Notes: generated by a model not told the origin, from the sequence alone. Positions 1 to 13,054 are shown, counted from the stretch's first letter. The stretch: DNA of 64,000 nt from Chiloscyllium plagiosum (GCF_004010195.1 NC_057720.1:10482355-10546354); one strand, 5' to 3'. A program made the numbers and translations.

Positions 1-184
1 ACAACTTTATTTTGAGCTAATGTTGCTTGAAGGTCTGTGATTTTACACGGTGGAATGTCAACATTGAGTGTTCCTTCAGCAACTGAAATGGATCCTCCTG
101 ACTTGACCCTGTTGAAATCTCCTATGTCAGCCTCAAGATCATCCACATTGACTGAAGGTCTTGGTGGATTTACTTGAATTTTGC
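1..184 (-). CDS. CLCA: CLCA-family exon (equivalent to human CLCA1 exon 13; runs off the window start)
   Basis: Acceptor catcatgtag|GC, then (G)KIQVNPPRPSVNVDDLEADIGDFNRVKSGGSISVAEGTLNVDIPPCKITDLQATLAQNKV. Matches the CLCA motifs NPPRP, R.SSGGS and PP.kITDL. Phase 1 start fits the exon at 6926-7093. Confidence 0.93.
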
Positions 185-1199
185 CTACATGATGAGGAAG
201 ACACATATCTTAATTAGACCCAGACCACACAGACTTAATGAGCATGACCATTTCATGAAAAGTCTTTATCTGCAGAACTTGCCTAGAATTCCCCACAGGA
301 CATGTTTCTGGCCTTGGCTACATGGTGTGGGGAAATAGGTGTGCAGAAACTCATACAAACACAGAGAAACACAGGGAGAAACACAGGAACTCTTGCAGTA
401 TCCGTGGAGAGAGAAACAGAATTAATGTTTCGAGTCTGATATCAGACATGAAACATAAGTCTTTTTCTGTCTCCACAGATATGACCAGACCGGCTGTATT
501 TCACCTGCACTTTGGCTTTTAATTCCAAAGCTTATAACCTTCTCTGTGAAGAAATTTTGCTTCAACCCAGTCCTAAATGGCCAATAACCCATCCTGAGCC
601 AATGATCTGTACTTGTAGATTTCCTGACCAAGGGAATTATCTCCCCAGCACCAACACTATCAAGCAGCATGATCTAATGCGTGGTTAACCCCAGTACAGT
701 TACGGTGACATTTCTCTTTCCAGAGCAGCTTCCTGACCTGCAGCAGGGTTCTGGCATTTTCTGGTTTTATTTCTGCCTCTTGTTTCAATTTGAATTTTTC
801 CTCTTTGAGTTCATTTCTTCTTGTTCAAACTGTTGTTTCTCTCTGCCCATGAATTTGCTCTTTTTATCATCTTGTTTTATTCTGAGTCTTTTGTCAAACA
901 GTTTTGTTCAAACTCTCTTTTCTTCTCTGGTTTTGGTCTAAAATTTAGTAATGATTAATGTTTTGCTGGTTTGGCTTAAAAGTGTGACCATCTCCTTGGA
1001 AAAGGAACAAACACATGAACATCATGGATTGTTCTGTGGGGCAAATGCAGCATGAGGAAAAGGTTTTCATAATGCAGTAAATGTTTAGGTGGATTGTATT
1101 GTTTAAGAACCTATAAACAAATATGACACCTAAGATACTGTAATGGAAGGTGTGTAATTTATATATATGCATATATTCTGCATTTGTAGAAACATATGT

Positions 1200-1680
1200 A
1201 ATAACTTCAATATTTGTTTGGTTGGACAGAACTTGAGTAATGGGAAATCAAACAGATTGAGTATAAAGATAGGCAAGTTAGACTCCAGCTTTATAGAAGT
1301 TTAGTCAGGCTGCCCTTGGAATATTGTGTACAGTTCTGGTCACTGCATACTGAAAGGACGTGAATGTTTTAAGAGCGTACAGAAAAAGTTTACCAGGACG
1401 TTGTCCGGTATGAGGATTTTGGCGATGAAGAAAGGTTGGATACACAACACCAGGTTAGAGTCCAACAGGTTTATTTGGAAGTACTAGCTTTTGGAGCAGT
1501 GCTCCTTCAGCCGGAGGTGGTGGAAGCAGACAGTAGCAGCATTTATGAAGCGCCTGGACAAATACATAAATAGGAAGGGAATAGAGGAATATGGATCCTG
1601 TACATGACGATGGTTTTAGTATGTGAGGGTGAGGAGGACTGAAGGGCCTGGACCTGTGCTGTATTGTTCGTTGTTCTTCT
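1200..1680 (+). mobile_element. Degraded CR1 LINE 3' fragment containing a short Penelope-terminus piece (about 1442-1510)
   Basis: ttggaatattgtgtacagttctggtcac (LEYCVQFWS motif) and a CR1-type 3' end gaagggcctggacctgtgctgtattgttc. Confidence 0.75.
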
Positions 1681-3521
1681 GTTTCTCATCTTGTATCTGG
1701 CACAAGAATACAAAATCAAGGGGATTTCAATATTTATATCACATCAGGGGAGACTGCCAATTGGTTGGCAAGTGATCTCTGATTGGTAGAGACATCGCCA
1801 TGGAAAATATACTCAAGAATATTCATTGTTAGCTAACAGCCAGTTCTGCTAAATTTTTAATCAAGTGGTTTGTTTCTAATTGGTCAGGCCCTGAGAAATT
1901 AACCAATGACCGGCTGTCACCTACTTGTTGAGTTGCATTGGAACAGAGTGTGTACATGTAATTTCTGTCTGTCAAGGGCCTGGTGTGTTATTACATGGAA
2001 CTTCCAGCCCACACAAGGGCACCACTCTGCGAGCCTGACGGACGACTTTAAACTAGTTGTCGGCATAATTCCTCACACTCATATCCAGCAAATGTAGCCC
2101 AAACTTACATCTAATGTCAGACACTGTGTTTTTGGTTTGATGTCAGTGTGTATTTGTTGATGGACACCATTTGTGTTTTTACTGCACAGTAAGAAAGGGA
2201 AACAGGTAGCTTCACTTCTTGCTCAAATCTTTGAGATTGGACGACAATTGCTGGATAATCCTGAATGTGCCTGGAATTACATTGACAATGGATTTAAGGC
2301 AGTCAGCTAAACCAAAGCAAAAAACAATGAAGCCAGATTTCATTCTAGGATCTGACTTGTCTCATGGGCCCAACAGCTAAAATAGAGCTAGGGTTAGTTT
2401 TAATTATAAACTGTAATGTATGAAGAGCTTACAATGATGCCTGTCCAAGGGCCAACACATAATCATCAAATGGAATAAACTAGACGGCATTATGAAATTA
2501 TTTTACCTTGAGTTAGAATTACTGATAGGAATTTGAGGAGGCAACAGCGATCTCAACTATTAGTATCAGCATGCGTGACCCCAGTGCCACATCTTTTCAA
2601 GAATACTCAGTGTATCTTGCACAAATTGGGCATTTACCAAGTCAGCCTTGGTCCAGGATGAAGGACCCTGAGAGGGGTGGGATGGTGTGTGAGGATGGAG
2701 CTGCCAGCCAATCAGAGCGGAGTTGCTCCTCTTGATTCAGCAGTGCCAGGACCTAGGTGGTAGCTGATGCCGGTATGACACATAAACGAGGCTTTGAATA
2801 AACAATGAACCTAGGAATATAGGTGAATGATGGTGGAAAAGGAGGAAGGATGGTATTTGGGTGAGGAGAGTTGCCAGAAAGTGGAGAAAGATTGGCTGTC
2901 AGCAGACTACCTCCTTCCTAACCTTTGGTGCCTTGTTCAGGGGCTGAGTGACTTTGAAAGAGGGCCTATCCCCAGATGCCTGCAAGTAAACCCATGATGG
3001 TTTGCATGGTGGCTTCCCCACGTGGTGGGTATTCTGTTCAACTTTCTGTTTAACACCAATGGTGGTGGGACATTGCCCTTGAGTGAACATCAAGGCCTCA
3101 AGAGCAGCATTGAAATGTCATCCTGCCATGGATTTACCAGGCTGGAGGTGAGAAGGTGGTGGCAGAAGCCCTTCTGGGGAAAGGCACAAGATTTTGACCA
3201 TTGCGTTAAAACACAGTGAAGAACGACATGCAACAGTAGAATGCAATCTTTTATCACAGTAAGAAAGGGGTCAGTAAACTCATTCGTGTTTACATTTCCC
3301 ATCCCCCATTGCCCAACACCATTATTTAGCTTTTCATGGACTGTAAAGGCTGGGAGAATCTTCTGCAATGAATGCTACAAAGGTTTAGGCATTATGTAAA
3401 GTACTATTCCAGCCACAGTAGGAAGCAAAACAGATAGCACCCAAAGGATATGGAGAGCTCACAACTCAGTGGTTTACCACACCATAAAACCATGCACCAT
3501 TGTCAAGGCATCCCTGTACAT

Positions 3522-6500
3522 GAGAGTCATTGAGTCCTACAGCACAGAGACAGGCTCTTTGGTGCAAACCGGTTTCACGACAACCAAAATGTCCATCCAC
3601 GCCAACCCTGCACTTGGCCCATATTCTTCTAATCCTTTCCTATCCATGTATTTGTCCAAATGTCTTTTAAATGTTGTTAATGTACCCACCTCAACCACTT
3701 CTGCTGGCAGCTTATTCCATATGCATACCACTCTCTGTGTAAAATCTTTGCCCCACAGGTTCCCTTTTATTCATCACCTCTAAATTTAAACTTGATTCCC
3801 TCTAGTGCTCAATTCGTCAACCCTGGGAAAAAGATTGAGTGCATTCACCTTAACCATCCCTCTCATGATCTTATATACGTCCATAAGATCCCCCCTCAGT
3901 CTTCTACACTCTAAAGAAAAAAAGTCCAACTTCTCCAGCCTCTCCCTATAACTCAGACTGTTAAATTCTGGTAACATCCTTGTAAATTTCTTCAGCAGTC
4001 TTTCCAGTTTAATAACATCCTTCCTGTAGCAAGGTGATCAAAACTGAACACCATACTCTAAGTGCAGCCTCACCAGCGTCCTGTACAGCTGCAACTTCCC
4101 AACTTCTATATTCAGTGCCCTGACCGATGAAGACCAGTGTGCCAAAAGACTTCCTCACTACCCTGTTTACCTGTGACTCCTCTTTCAGAGAACGTACGCC
4201 TGAATTCCAAGGTCACTCTGTTCCACTACACTCTTTAAGGCCCTACCATTCACCATGAAACTCCTACCTTGATTTGACTTACCCAAATACAAGACCTCAC
4301 ACTTATCTACATTGAACGCCATTTGCCTTTTCTCGTCCCACTTCCCCCGATGATCAAGGTCCTGCTGCAGTATCTGGTACCCTTCCTTACTGTACACAAT
4401 ACTTTCTGTTTTAGTGTCATCTGCAAACTTACTAGTCATGCCTTGGACATTCTAATCCAGATCACTGATGTAGATAACAAGCAACAATGGGCCCAGTACT
4501 GACCCCTGAAGCACTCGACTAATCACAGGCCTCAAGTCTGACAAGCACCCTTTCACAATTACCCTCTGCTTCCTACCATCAAGCCAGTTGTGTGTCCAAT
4601 TTGCCAGTTTCCCATAGATTCCATGCGATCTAACCTTCCAGAGCAGCCTATCATGTGGAACCTTATCAAAGGCCTTACTGAAATCCATATAGACTACATC
4701 TACCCTGCCCTCATCAACCTTCTTAGTCACTTCATCAAAGAGCTCTAACAAATTTGTGAGGCATGATCTCACACACATGTTGATGAATCAAACCCTGTCT
4801 TTCCAAATGCAGGTATATCTTATCTCTCAGAACCTTCTCAAGTAACTTACCCATCTCAGATATTAAGTTCACTGGTCTATAGTTCCCATGATTTTCTTTG
4901 CAGCCCTTCTTGAATAATGGCACTACCCTCCAGTCTTCTGGGAGCTCGCCCGTGGCTAACGGTGATGCAGAGAGGTGTGAGGTAGTTGACTTCAGAAAAA
5001 GTAACAGGAATGCAGAGTACTGGGCGAATGGTAAACTTCTTGGCAGTGTGGATGAACAGAGAGATCTCAGTGTCCTGGTGCATAAATCCCTGAAAGTTGC
5101 CACCCAGATTGATTGGGTTATTAAGAAGGCACATGGTGTTTATTGGGAGGGACACTGAGTTTTGGAGCATGAGATCATTCTTCAGCTATACAAGATACTG
5201 GGAAGGCCGCATCTGGAGTATTGCGTGCAGTTTTGGTCACCGCATTATAGGAAGGTTGTGGATGCTTTGGAAATGGTTCAGAGGAGAATTACTCAGATAT
5301 TGCCTGGTATGGAAGGAGAGTCTTATGAGCAAAGGCTGAGGGAAGTGAGGCTGTTTTTATTGGAGAGAAGAAGATTGAGAGGAGACTTAATTGAGATGTA
5401 CAAATTAACCAGAGGGTTAGCTCAGGTGGACCTTTCCCTCGGATGGTGAAGGTGAACATGAGGGGACACACCTTTACATTGAGGGGTGATAAATCTAGGA
5501 AGATATTAGGGGTAGTTTCTTCACTCAGAGAGTAGTAGGGGCATGGAACGGCCTTCCTGCAACAGTAGTAGACTCACCGACGTTAAGGGTATTGAAATGG
5601 GCATTGGACATACATATGGATAATAATGGAATGGGGTAGGTTAGATGGGCATCAGATTATTTTCACAGGTTGGTGCAACATTGAGGACCTAAGGGCCTGT
5701 GCTGCGCTGTAACATTCTATATTCTGTGTTAAAATTATCTGCCAGGGTCCCTGCAATTTCTTCTCTAGCCTGTTTCAGTGTTCTTGGATATATCTGGTAA
5801 GGACCAGGAGACTTAACCATTTTCATACATTCTAATCCATCCAACTCCTCCTCCACTGTGATATGGGTTGTCCCCAAGATATGACCACTAACTTACCCAA
5901 GTTCCCAACTCTTCATGTCTTTCTCCATGGTAAATGCAGAGGAGAAATATTCATTGAGGACTTTGCCCATCTCCTGAAGTTCTACACATACTTGTCCACT
6001 TTGGTCTTTGAGGGGCCCGATTTTCTATCTAGTTATTATTTAACCTTTTATTTGCTGAAATAACTTCTATGGATTCACCTTAATTTTCTCAGCCAAGGCT
6101 ATCTCGTGCCCCCTTTTTGCCCTCCTCATTTCCTTCTTCAGTAAACTCCTGGATCCCTTATTTACCTCCAGAGACTCCCTTGATCCCAGCTGCCTGTACC
6201 TGAGCCATATCTCCTCCTTTTTTCTGGTCAAAGCCTCAATATCTCTTGTCCTCCAGGGTTCCCTGTTCCTGTCAAACTTGAGTTTCACCCTTCCAGGAAC
6301 ATATCGACCTTAACCACAGCTATCTCATTTTTAAAGGCTGACCACATACCGGAGGTCCCTTTGCCTGAAAAGAAACTACTTCAATCAACCCCTGCAAGCT
6401 CCTGCCTAATTCCATCAAAATTTGCCTTGCTCTCATTTAGAAATTGAAACTGTCGACCAGTTTTGTCCCCCTCCATCACTATTTTAAGATTAATAGAACT

Positions 6501-6900
6501 ATGGTCACACTGGTCCCAAAGTACTCCCCCACTGTCACCTCAGTCACTTGTCCTGCCCTATTTCCCAAGAATAGGTCGAGTTTTACCCCTTCCGAGTAGG
6601 ACCCTCCATATACTGTTTGAGGAAATGCACTTTCCTGAACACACTTAACAAATTCCAGCCCTTCCACATCCTAAACGTTGTGGCAGTCCCAGTCTAGATT
6701 GGGAAAATTAAAATCCTCTACTACGGCAAGCCTATTCCTCCTGCAAGTCTCCCTGGTCTCTGCATATTTGTTCCTCCAATTCCCATTGACCATTTGGGGG
6801 CCTATAGTACTACTACAGTAACGTCACCACCCGCTTCTTATTTCTTCGCTCCACCCACAAAGCCTCACTGGACGATTCTTCAGTTATTTCATTTCTGATT
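3522..6900 (-). mobile_element. CR1 LINE (endonuclease-tether-RT-3' end), degraded, split by a nested CR1
   Basis: ORF pieces SCLTNLLELFDEV...VVYMDFSKAFDKVPH, QGSVLGPLL, SKFADDTK, VWNKLP. The reading continues across the insertion (TLADNF at about 5730 to ASPLATGELPEDWR at about 4965). Confidence 0.9.
4968..5725 (+). mobile_element. CR1 LINE 3' fragment nested in the opposite orientation
   Basis: RPHLEYCVQFWSPHYRK and RRRLRGDLIE motifs; 3' end gggcctgtgctgcgctgtaacattctatattct. Confidence 0.88.
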
Positions 6901-6925
6901 CCTGCGGATGCCAAATGTTGTTTAC

Positions 6926-7093
6926 CATTTTCTGTGTATCCCGGTATGTAAAAGGAATGTCCTCCTGTTCGGATCGCTGCCTTTGCCTTCCCTTCCTTTC
7001 CCCGCACACGTACTTTAAAGTTGTATCTTCCAATTTCAGAATACTTGTGGAAATACTTTGTGTAAATACCATCATTTTTGACAATGTCAGCAC
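6926..7093 (-). CDS. CLCA: CLCA-family exon (CLCA1 exon 12 equivalent)
   Basis: cctttag|GTGCTGAC ... GAAAATG|gtaaac. 168 bp, phase 1-1. GADIVKNDGIYTKYFHKYSEIGRYNFKVRVRGKEGKAKAAIRTGGHSFYIPGYTENG matches the CLCA GAD..KnDG.YsrYF...GRY..KV...YIPG motif. Confidence 0.95.
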
Positions 7094-7664
7094 CTAAAGG
7101 CAAGGAAAGGGTAAGTAGCTGCAGACTGAGTGAAGCATGGAATAATTACACAGTATTTGGATTGGCACTGATATCACTGATGACAAGTGCAAAGTCAAAT
7201 TCATCTAGGAATTCTAAGTTCAAATCCCAATCACTTTAATTGTTTTGTGAATTGTTATAAATGCAAAATATCTTTGTTTAACATAATTTATTAATACAAA
7301 TGCAACTTTGGGAGTTAAAAATTGGTTTTGCGCTGATTCTCAGGCACTGTGTTTATGATTCATGAGCTGCTCAATCCAAGCCTGGTGTAGATAGGAAACA
7401 CATTAATCTTACCCTGCCATCTGATGTACATAGTGGGAACTATGTGTACCCTGCACTGCTGACTGCCACTGCGTTTAAGAGTGTACTGAGTGGGGAAAAG
7501 GTGCTGAAGCCAGCCTTCTGTGGTGGAGGTGCAGAGGAGGAGAGACATCATGGATCTTGAGGGAATGGGGCCATGAGATCCTCAAGACCCATCCTCAGAC
7601 TGGAGTAGGAGCAGGTAGCCAAGAAGGTTAATGCCTATTGTCTGAATCTGAAGGTTTTCTTTAA

Positions 7665-8335
7665 TGTATTCACTCATGGGATGTGGGTGTCACTGACTGG
7701 GCCAGCATTTATTGCCTGTCCCTAGGTGCTATTGAGAAGATGATGGTGAGCTGCCTTCTTGAATTGCTGTAGTCCATGTACTGTAAATAGGCACACAATG
7801 CCTTTAGGGAGGGAATTCCAGGATTTTAACCCATGACAGTGAAGGAATGACGACATATTTCCAAGTGAGGATGTTGAGTGGCTTGGAGTGGAACTTGCCG
7901 ATAATTGTGTTGCCATGTTTCAACTGCCTCTATCCTTCGAGATGAAAGTGGTTGTGAGTTTGGAAGGTGCTCTCTCAGGATCTCAGGTGAATTTCTGCAA
8001 TGCATCTTCTGGATAGTACACACTGCTGCTACTGGGTGACAGGAAGTGGATGTTTGTAGATGTGATGCCAATCAAGCTGGCTGCTTTGGCATGAATGGTG
8101 TCAAGTGTTGTTCAATATAGGGTAGCACTGAATTATCAGTCGAATGGGGGGGCATGAGGGGCAGGGAGATGTGGGTGGGGGTGTTGGCTGTGTGCATGGG
8201 TGGGGTAGTGGGTGGAGAGGTAGTATGTAGTAAAGGATTCTTTGCCCATGTTTGATCTGAAGCCATGAGAACTCATGGGGTCCAGAGTCAATGTAGTCAA
8301 AGCCCATATTCCCTGCGAGCACTACTTTGAGTGTC
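7665..8335 (-). mobile_element. Older CR1/L2-clade LINE 3' fragment
   Basis: Minus-strand SWNSLP...GLQQFKKAAHHHLL motif and 3' tail gggcaataaatgctggcc-type sequence; a related copy lies at 40295-41665. Confidence 0.75.
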
Positions 8336-8464
8336 CGAACAGTCAACAGGTCCATTAGGCTTAATTGTGATATATTTTATGTTCTGGAGGTTATAATTAG
8401 ATATATGTGCATAACAGACACTGAATATACATTTCACTTTATCGAGTCACATCATCAGTCTCAC

Positions 8465-8726
8465 CCAGGCCATCTTCAGAAAGTTCCTGTTCAATTGTTG
8501 GGCCAGTTGGTAGTTCGATAATAACCGTCACGTTTGCAAACAGGACGGGTGAGAATCTCTGACTGACTTCTGCGTAAATTGGCCTAACACCAACCAAATC
8601 CTTTTCACTGATGTGCACATCGACCGTGACCGAGGGAACTTTTTCATCTGCTGCTCGGGATGTCATTACAATACTTACAACCTGTTCAATGCCAGGATTC
8701 AGGATGGCATAATTCCAAGTACCTAT
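8465..8726 (-). CDS. CLCA: CLCA-family exon (CLCA1 exon 11 equivalent)
   Basis: ttttattccag|ATAGGT ... GGCCTGG|gtgaga. 262 bp, phase 0-1. IGTWNYAILNPGIEQVVSIVMTSRAADEKVPSVTVDVHISEKDLVGVRPIYAEVSQRFSPVLFANVTVIIELPTGPTIEQELSEDGLG contains the GTW.Y, TSRA, YAeV.Q and A.VT..IE motifs. Confidence 0.95.
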
Positions 8727-10195
8727 CTGGAATAAAAATATTTATTTTCAACAGCTGGATAGGTGAGAGCTTCTGCAACACCTGAATGCTTTCTCTAAAT
8801 TCACCTGGAGAATATCTGCTCATTGCCCATTCCCAAGTGTCCTTGAGAAAGTGGTTTGAACTGTTGTGCTCTAGCTAGGGGAGTGTTGCTACGTGAAGAA
8901 AGTACCAGGATTTTGACCCAGCGTTCATCAAGAAATACTGGAACAGTTCCAAATCAGAATGGCATTGACTTGAAAGGGAACTTGCAACTGAAGGAGTTCC
9001 TGCTGCCTTGATCATTCTAAATGGCAGAGCTCTTGGATTTGGATGGAGGTGTAGCCATGGTCTCGTTGAGTTGCTGTACTGTATCCTGCAGTTGTTCAAT
9101 GCAGTCCAGGTAAGTCCCAGATTTTCTTGCTGGTTTGTGCCTTCTTTGTTGGTATGAGCTTAGGTACTGGGAAACTTTTTACAACTGCCCTCAGTGTCAC
9201 TTATTGGGGGAGAGAAAAACAAATGGACATGGCACCCACCATGATCAACACTGAATTGCTTAGCACAGTGAATAGGGAGCAGAAAGGAACAGAAGTTCAA
9301 TAAGTGAATAATGAAAACCATCATGGAGGGAGTTCAGTGCAGGGAAGTATGAGATAATTCACTCCATCGCCAGCAAGAAAAGATTCAAATAGTTGTGAGA
9401 ATAGTAGTTGTGGGAATGATCTAGGTGGATCACATTGTACTAATGGACAGCTACAAGAATGTTAGCCTTCATTTCGAGGGGCTGGAATACATGGTGTGGA
9501 TGTTATGATCCCAGCGGTGTAAAGCTCTGGGAATACTGCATCTGCAGTATCACTTTCTCATACCAGGAAAGATGGAATAGGTTCTGAAGNNNNNNNNNNN
9601 NNNNNNNNNNNNNNNNNNNNNNNNNNNNNNNNNNNNNNNNNNNNNNNNNNNNNNNNNNNNNNNNNNNNNNNNNNNNNNNNNNNNNNNNNNNNNNNNNNNN
9701 NNNNNNNNNNNNNNNNNNNNNNNNNNNNNNNNNNNNNNNNNNNNNNNNNNNNNNNNNNNNNNNNNNNNNNNNNNNNNNNNNNNNNNNNNNNNNNNNNNNN
9801 NNNNNNNNNNNNNNNNNNNNNNNNNNNNNNNNNNNNNNNNNNNNNNNNNNNNNNNNNNNNNNNNNNNNNNNNNNNNNNNNNNNNNNNNNNNNNNNNNNNN
9901 NNNNNNNNNNNNNNNNNNNNNNNNNNNNNNNNNNNNNNNNNNNNNNNNNNNNNNNNNNNNNNNNNNNNNNNNNNNNNNNNNNNNNNNNNNNNNNNNNNNN
10001 NNNNNNNNNNNNNNNNNNNNNNNNNNNNNNNNNGGCAGAGATCATGTGAAAGACTGCACTGTATAATTGTCGAAATAGAGGATGGTTGAGAGTAAACATG
10101 CTGCTGTCCAATGACTCTGCTGGAAAACATGATTAACAATGATACAATGTACACTGCAGAACATAAAGAATCAAAGGAGACATTTTGATCCCTAC

Positions 10196-10365
10196 CTATG
10201 CAGTGCCAGGAATGTTCAGACGGGCTGTACGTGTTGTACTATCAGCCTTAAAGTCATTGTTGTTGTACACGTTTCCACTGGGGTCATATACAAACATTTC
10301 TGGTGTCTGCTTCTGCCATGTAATTACAAACAACATGTGGTTCCCAATGGTCTTATCGACGAAAA
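10196..10365 (-). CDS. CLCA: CLCA-family exon (CLCA1 exon 10 equivalent); 5' part lost in an N-gap; last codon is TAG
   Basis: FVDKTIGNHMLFVITWQKQTPEMFVYDPSGNVYNNNDFKADSTTRTARLNIPGTA*|gtaggg. Matches the CLCA VD.TvG.dT.F.iTW...DPSG...A.L.IPG.A motif. Donor follows directly after TAG (10198-10196). Confidence 0.9.
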
Positions 10366-10865
10366 NNNNNNNNNNNNNNNNNNNNNNNNNNNNNNNNNNN
10401 NNNNNNNNNNNNNNNNNNNNNNNNNNNNNNNNNNNNNNNNNNNNNNNNNNNNNNNNNNNNNNNNNNNNNNNNNNNNNNNNNNNNNNNNNNNNNNNNNNNN
10501 NNNNNNNNNNNNNNNNNNNNNNNNNNNNNNNNNNNNNNNNNNNNNNNNNNNNNNNNNNNNNNNNNNNNNNNNNNNNNNNNNNNNNNNNNNNNNNNNNNNN
10601 NNNNNNNNNNNNNNNNNNNNNNNNNNNNNNNNNNNNNNNNNNNNNNNNNNNNNNNNNNNNNNNNNNNNNNNNNNNNNNNNNNNNNNNNNNNNNNNNNNNN
10701 NNNNNNNNNNNNNNNNNNNNNNNNNNNNNNNNNNNNNNNNNNNNNNNNNNNNNNNNNNNNNNNNNNNNNNNNNNNNNNNNNNNNNNNNNNNNNNNNNNNN
10801 NNNNNNNNNNNNNNNNNNNNNNNNNNNNNNNNNNNNNNNNNNNNNNNNNNNNNNNNNNNNNNNNN
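10366..10865. other. Assembly gap of exactly 500 N (other gaps: 9590-10033, 15833-16285, 53068-53400, 56300-56525)
   Basis: N runs seen directly. Confidence 0.99.
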
Positions 10866-11004
10866 CGAAAAGGATGAATTCTGATTCTTCACTGGGAAAA
10901 ATTCACAAACACCTTTCAGCAATGTTGTATCAGGATCAATCTCACATGGTGAACAGGATCTGCCTGTGCAATCAGCAGCTATTCCAGTTATCTCTTTTGT
11001 ACAT
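10866..11004 (-). CDS. CLCA: CLCA-family exon (CLCA1 exon 5 equivalent, Cys-rich); 3' part lost in an N-gap
   Basis: gactctcag|ATGT, phase 2. (R)CTKEITGIAADCTGRSCSPCEIDPDTTLLKGVCEFFPVKNQNSSFS matches the CLCA RC...ItG....C.G.sC...C..d..T.l....CeF.p pattern. Confidence 0.92.
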
Positions 11005-11699
11005 CTGAGAGTCAATATAATATTAACATTGTAATTGATTCTGAGTAACATATCTTTCAGAAGAGATCATTTAACGAAATTGAACGTGCAATTTTGGACA
11101 ACATCGAGAAGCAGAAATTGCTTGAGGTTGGTTTGATTCATTGTCTTCCTTTATCAGCACCAGTGCCTCCTGCTGTTGCTCGAAACTTTGCTGCAAAGTG
11201 CCGAATACCTCTGCTGGAGCTGGAAAGAATTTCACTGCTGTGGTCAGCAGCATCATTCGGTAAATTCCTCAGCGCTGGTTATTTCGGGCATGGGAGACGT
11301 GATACACATTCTGCCTCCACCAGTTCTGTCAGAGGAGGACAACGTTCCCAAATTATTAGCAGAATTGTAGTTTGAGTCTCAGTGGGTCCCAATACTCCTG
11401 GCTGCTTCTGCACTCAGCAGGGAGTGCTGAAACCATAAAGGTTGTCCATCAACAGTGTGTTGAGCAAGCACACCCTTCCTGAAGGTATTCTATTGATGTT
11501 AAAGCGTTACTGCACTAAATGATGAACACCAGGGCAAAGAGAGATTTGCAAGGTGGAATAATGTGACACTGGAGGTTTTAGTGGAGGAGGTGATTGGGAG
11601 GATGGCTCCATTGGCCCTCAGACATTTTGAAGTACCACACACACACACACAAAAGGCGATGGGAGCAGGTGGCCAACATTTAAAATGTGGATAGAATCC

Positions 11700-12039
11700 C
11701 CACAGTGCAGATAGATGCCATTCCACCATTTGGGCCTGTACTGACCCTCCAAACAGCTTCTACCCACAACCACCCCCCTACCCAATAACCCTGCATTTAC
11801 CATGGCTAATCCACCTAACCTGCACCACATTGGACATAATGGGCAATTTAGCATGGTCAATCCACACAACACACACATCTTTGGACTGTGGTAGGAAACT
11901 GGAGCATCCGGAGGAAAACCATGCAGACACAGGGAAAACATGCAAACTCCTATCAGCCAAGTCACTCAAGACTGGAATCAAATGTACGTCCCGGGCACTG
12001 TGAGGCAGCAGTGCTAACCACTCAGCCACCGTACAGCCC
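11700..12039 (-). mobile_element. tRNA-derived SINE (HE1/V-SINE type)
   Basis: Head ggtggctgagtggttagcactgctgcctcacag and body gagtttgcatgttttccctgtgtctgcatgg...tcccacagtccaaagatgtg-like. Confidence 0.85.
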
Positions 12040-13054
12040 CATGGACTTGAAAACTTGGCATTAGTGTCTCAAGGAGTCTAATGACTTCACTCACCAATGA
12101 CTGCAGCATTACCTGTCACTTCTCAACCTCTACTCAAACTTTGATCCTCCCACCACACCAACACTTTCATTGAGCCACCCCCTGACTTTCAGCAGTTACA
12201 ATGATTGGCCCCTCACTCACCGCCCAATGCTGCAAGACATATCCTTGTTTCTTGCTGCTCTACATTCCTTCAGCTAGTGCGCGATGATGAACAGATCAGC
12301 CAATCGCAATGCAAGCCAGTCACAGACACTCTGCCCTCTCTCATAAGAGAAGAGAACAGAATAAAGCCAATGCATCGCAAGGCTGCCTACATCTCCTGAA
12401 CTCTACATGCCCCTTCACCATTCCCAGTTCACCTTAACCCTGTTTTCTGATGAACAAGCTGCTGATGGTATAATCATGAACCTGTTGCTTCCCACCCACA
12501 CCCTCTACCCTCAGATCAGCTTTCTCCTTCTGAGATCTGATTTGAGTCATGCTGGAACTGCCACCTGCTCAGGTGCAGGAGTTCCAGGAGGAAGGGAGAC
12601 AGCAACAGCACAGCACAAATGAACAGATCCCGTCACTTTATCTCATGCTTGCAGCTTGAATACTGGCATGACATGTAACTTGGAGATCAGTGCAGGGTTA
12701 TGACCAACACATGGTGGGTCAGCAGGCAATAGTGAGCTACAGCCAGGACATGGGGAAAAGGATTGAAAATAGAAAGTGCTGAAGAAACTCTGCAGGTCTG
12801 GTACATTTGTGGAGAGTGAAAGAGTTATGTTTTGAGTGCAGTGTGACTCTTCTTCAGAACAGGGAGACATGGATGCTTCCTTTCCCTGAAGGGGAGGTGG
12901 TTGCTGGATTCTGCTGTGGAGGTTCACCAGGACCTCAGTGAGGCAGCAGTCCCAGGGTGGTCTTGAAGGGGTATGGATATGGATATGCTGCTGTTGTGAC
13001 TGGTCAGCCAGGCAGTCTCCTGATGTCAGGGAGCAAGGAGGAAGGAGACATTGT

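Noticed and set aside
9503..10154. Long ORFs of 150-290 aa here and at the other N-gaps
   Set aside because: Artefacts of translating N runs.
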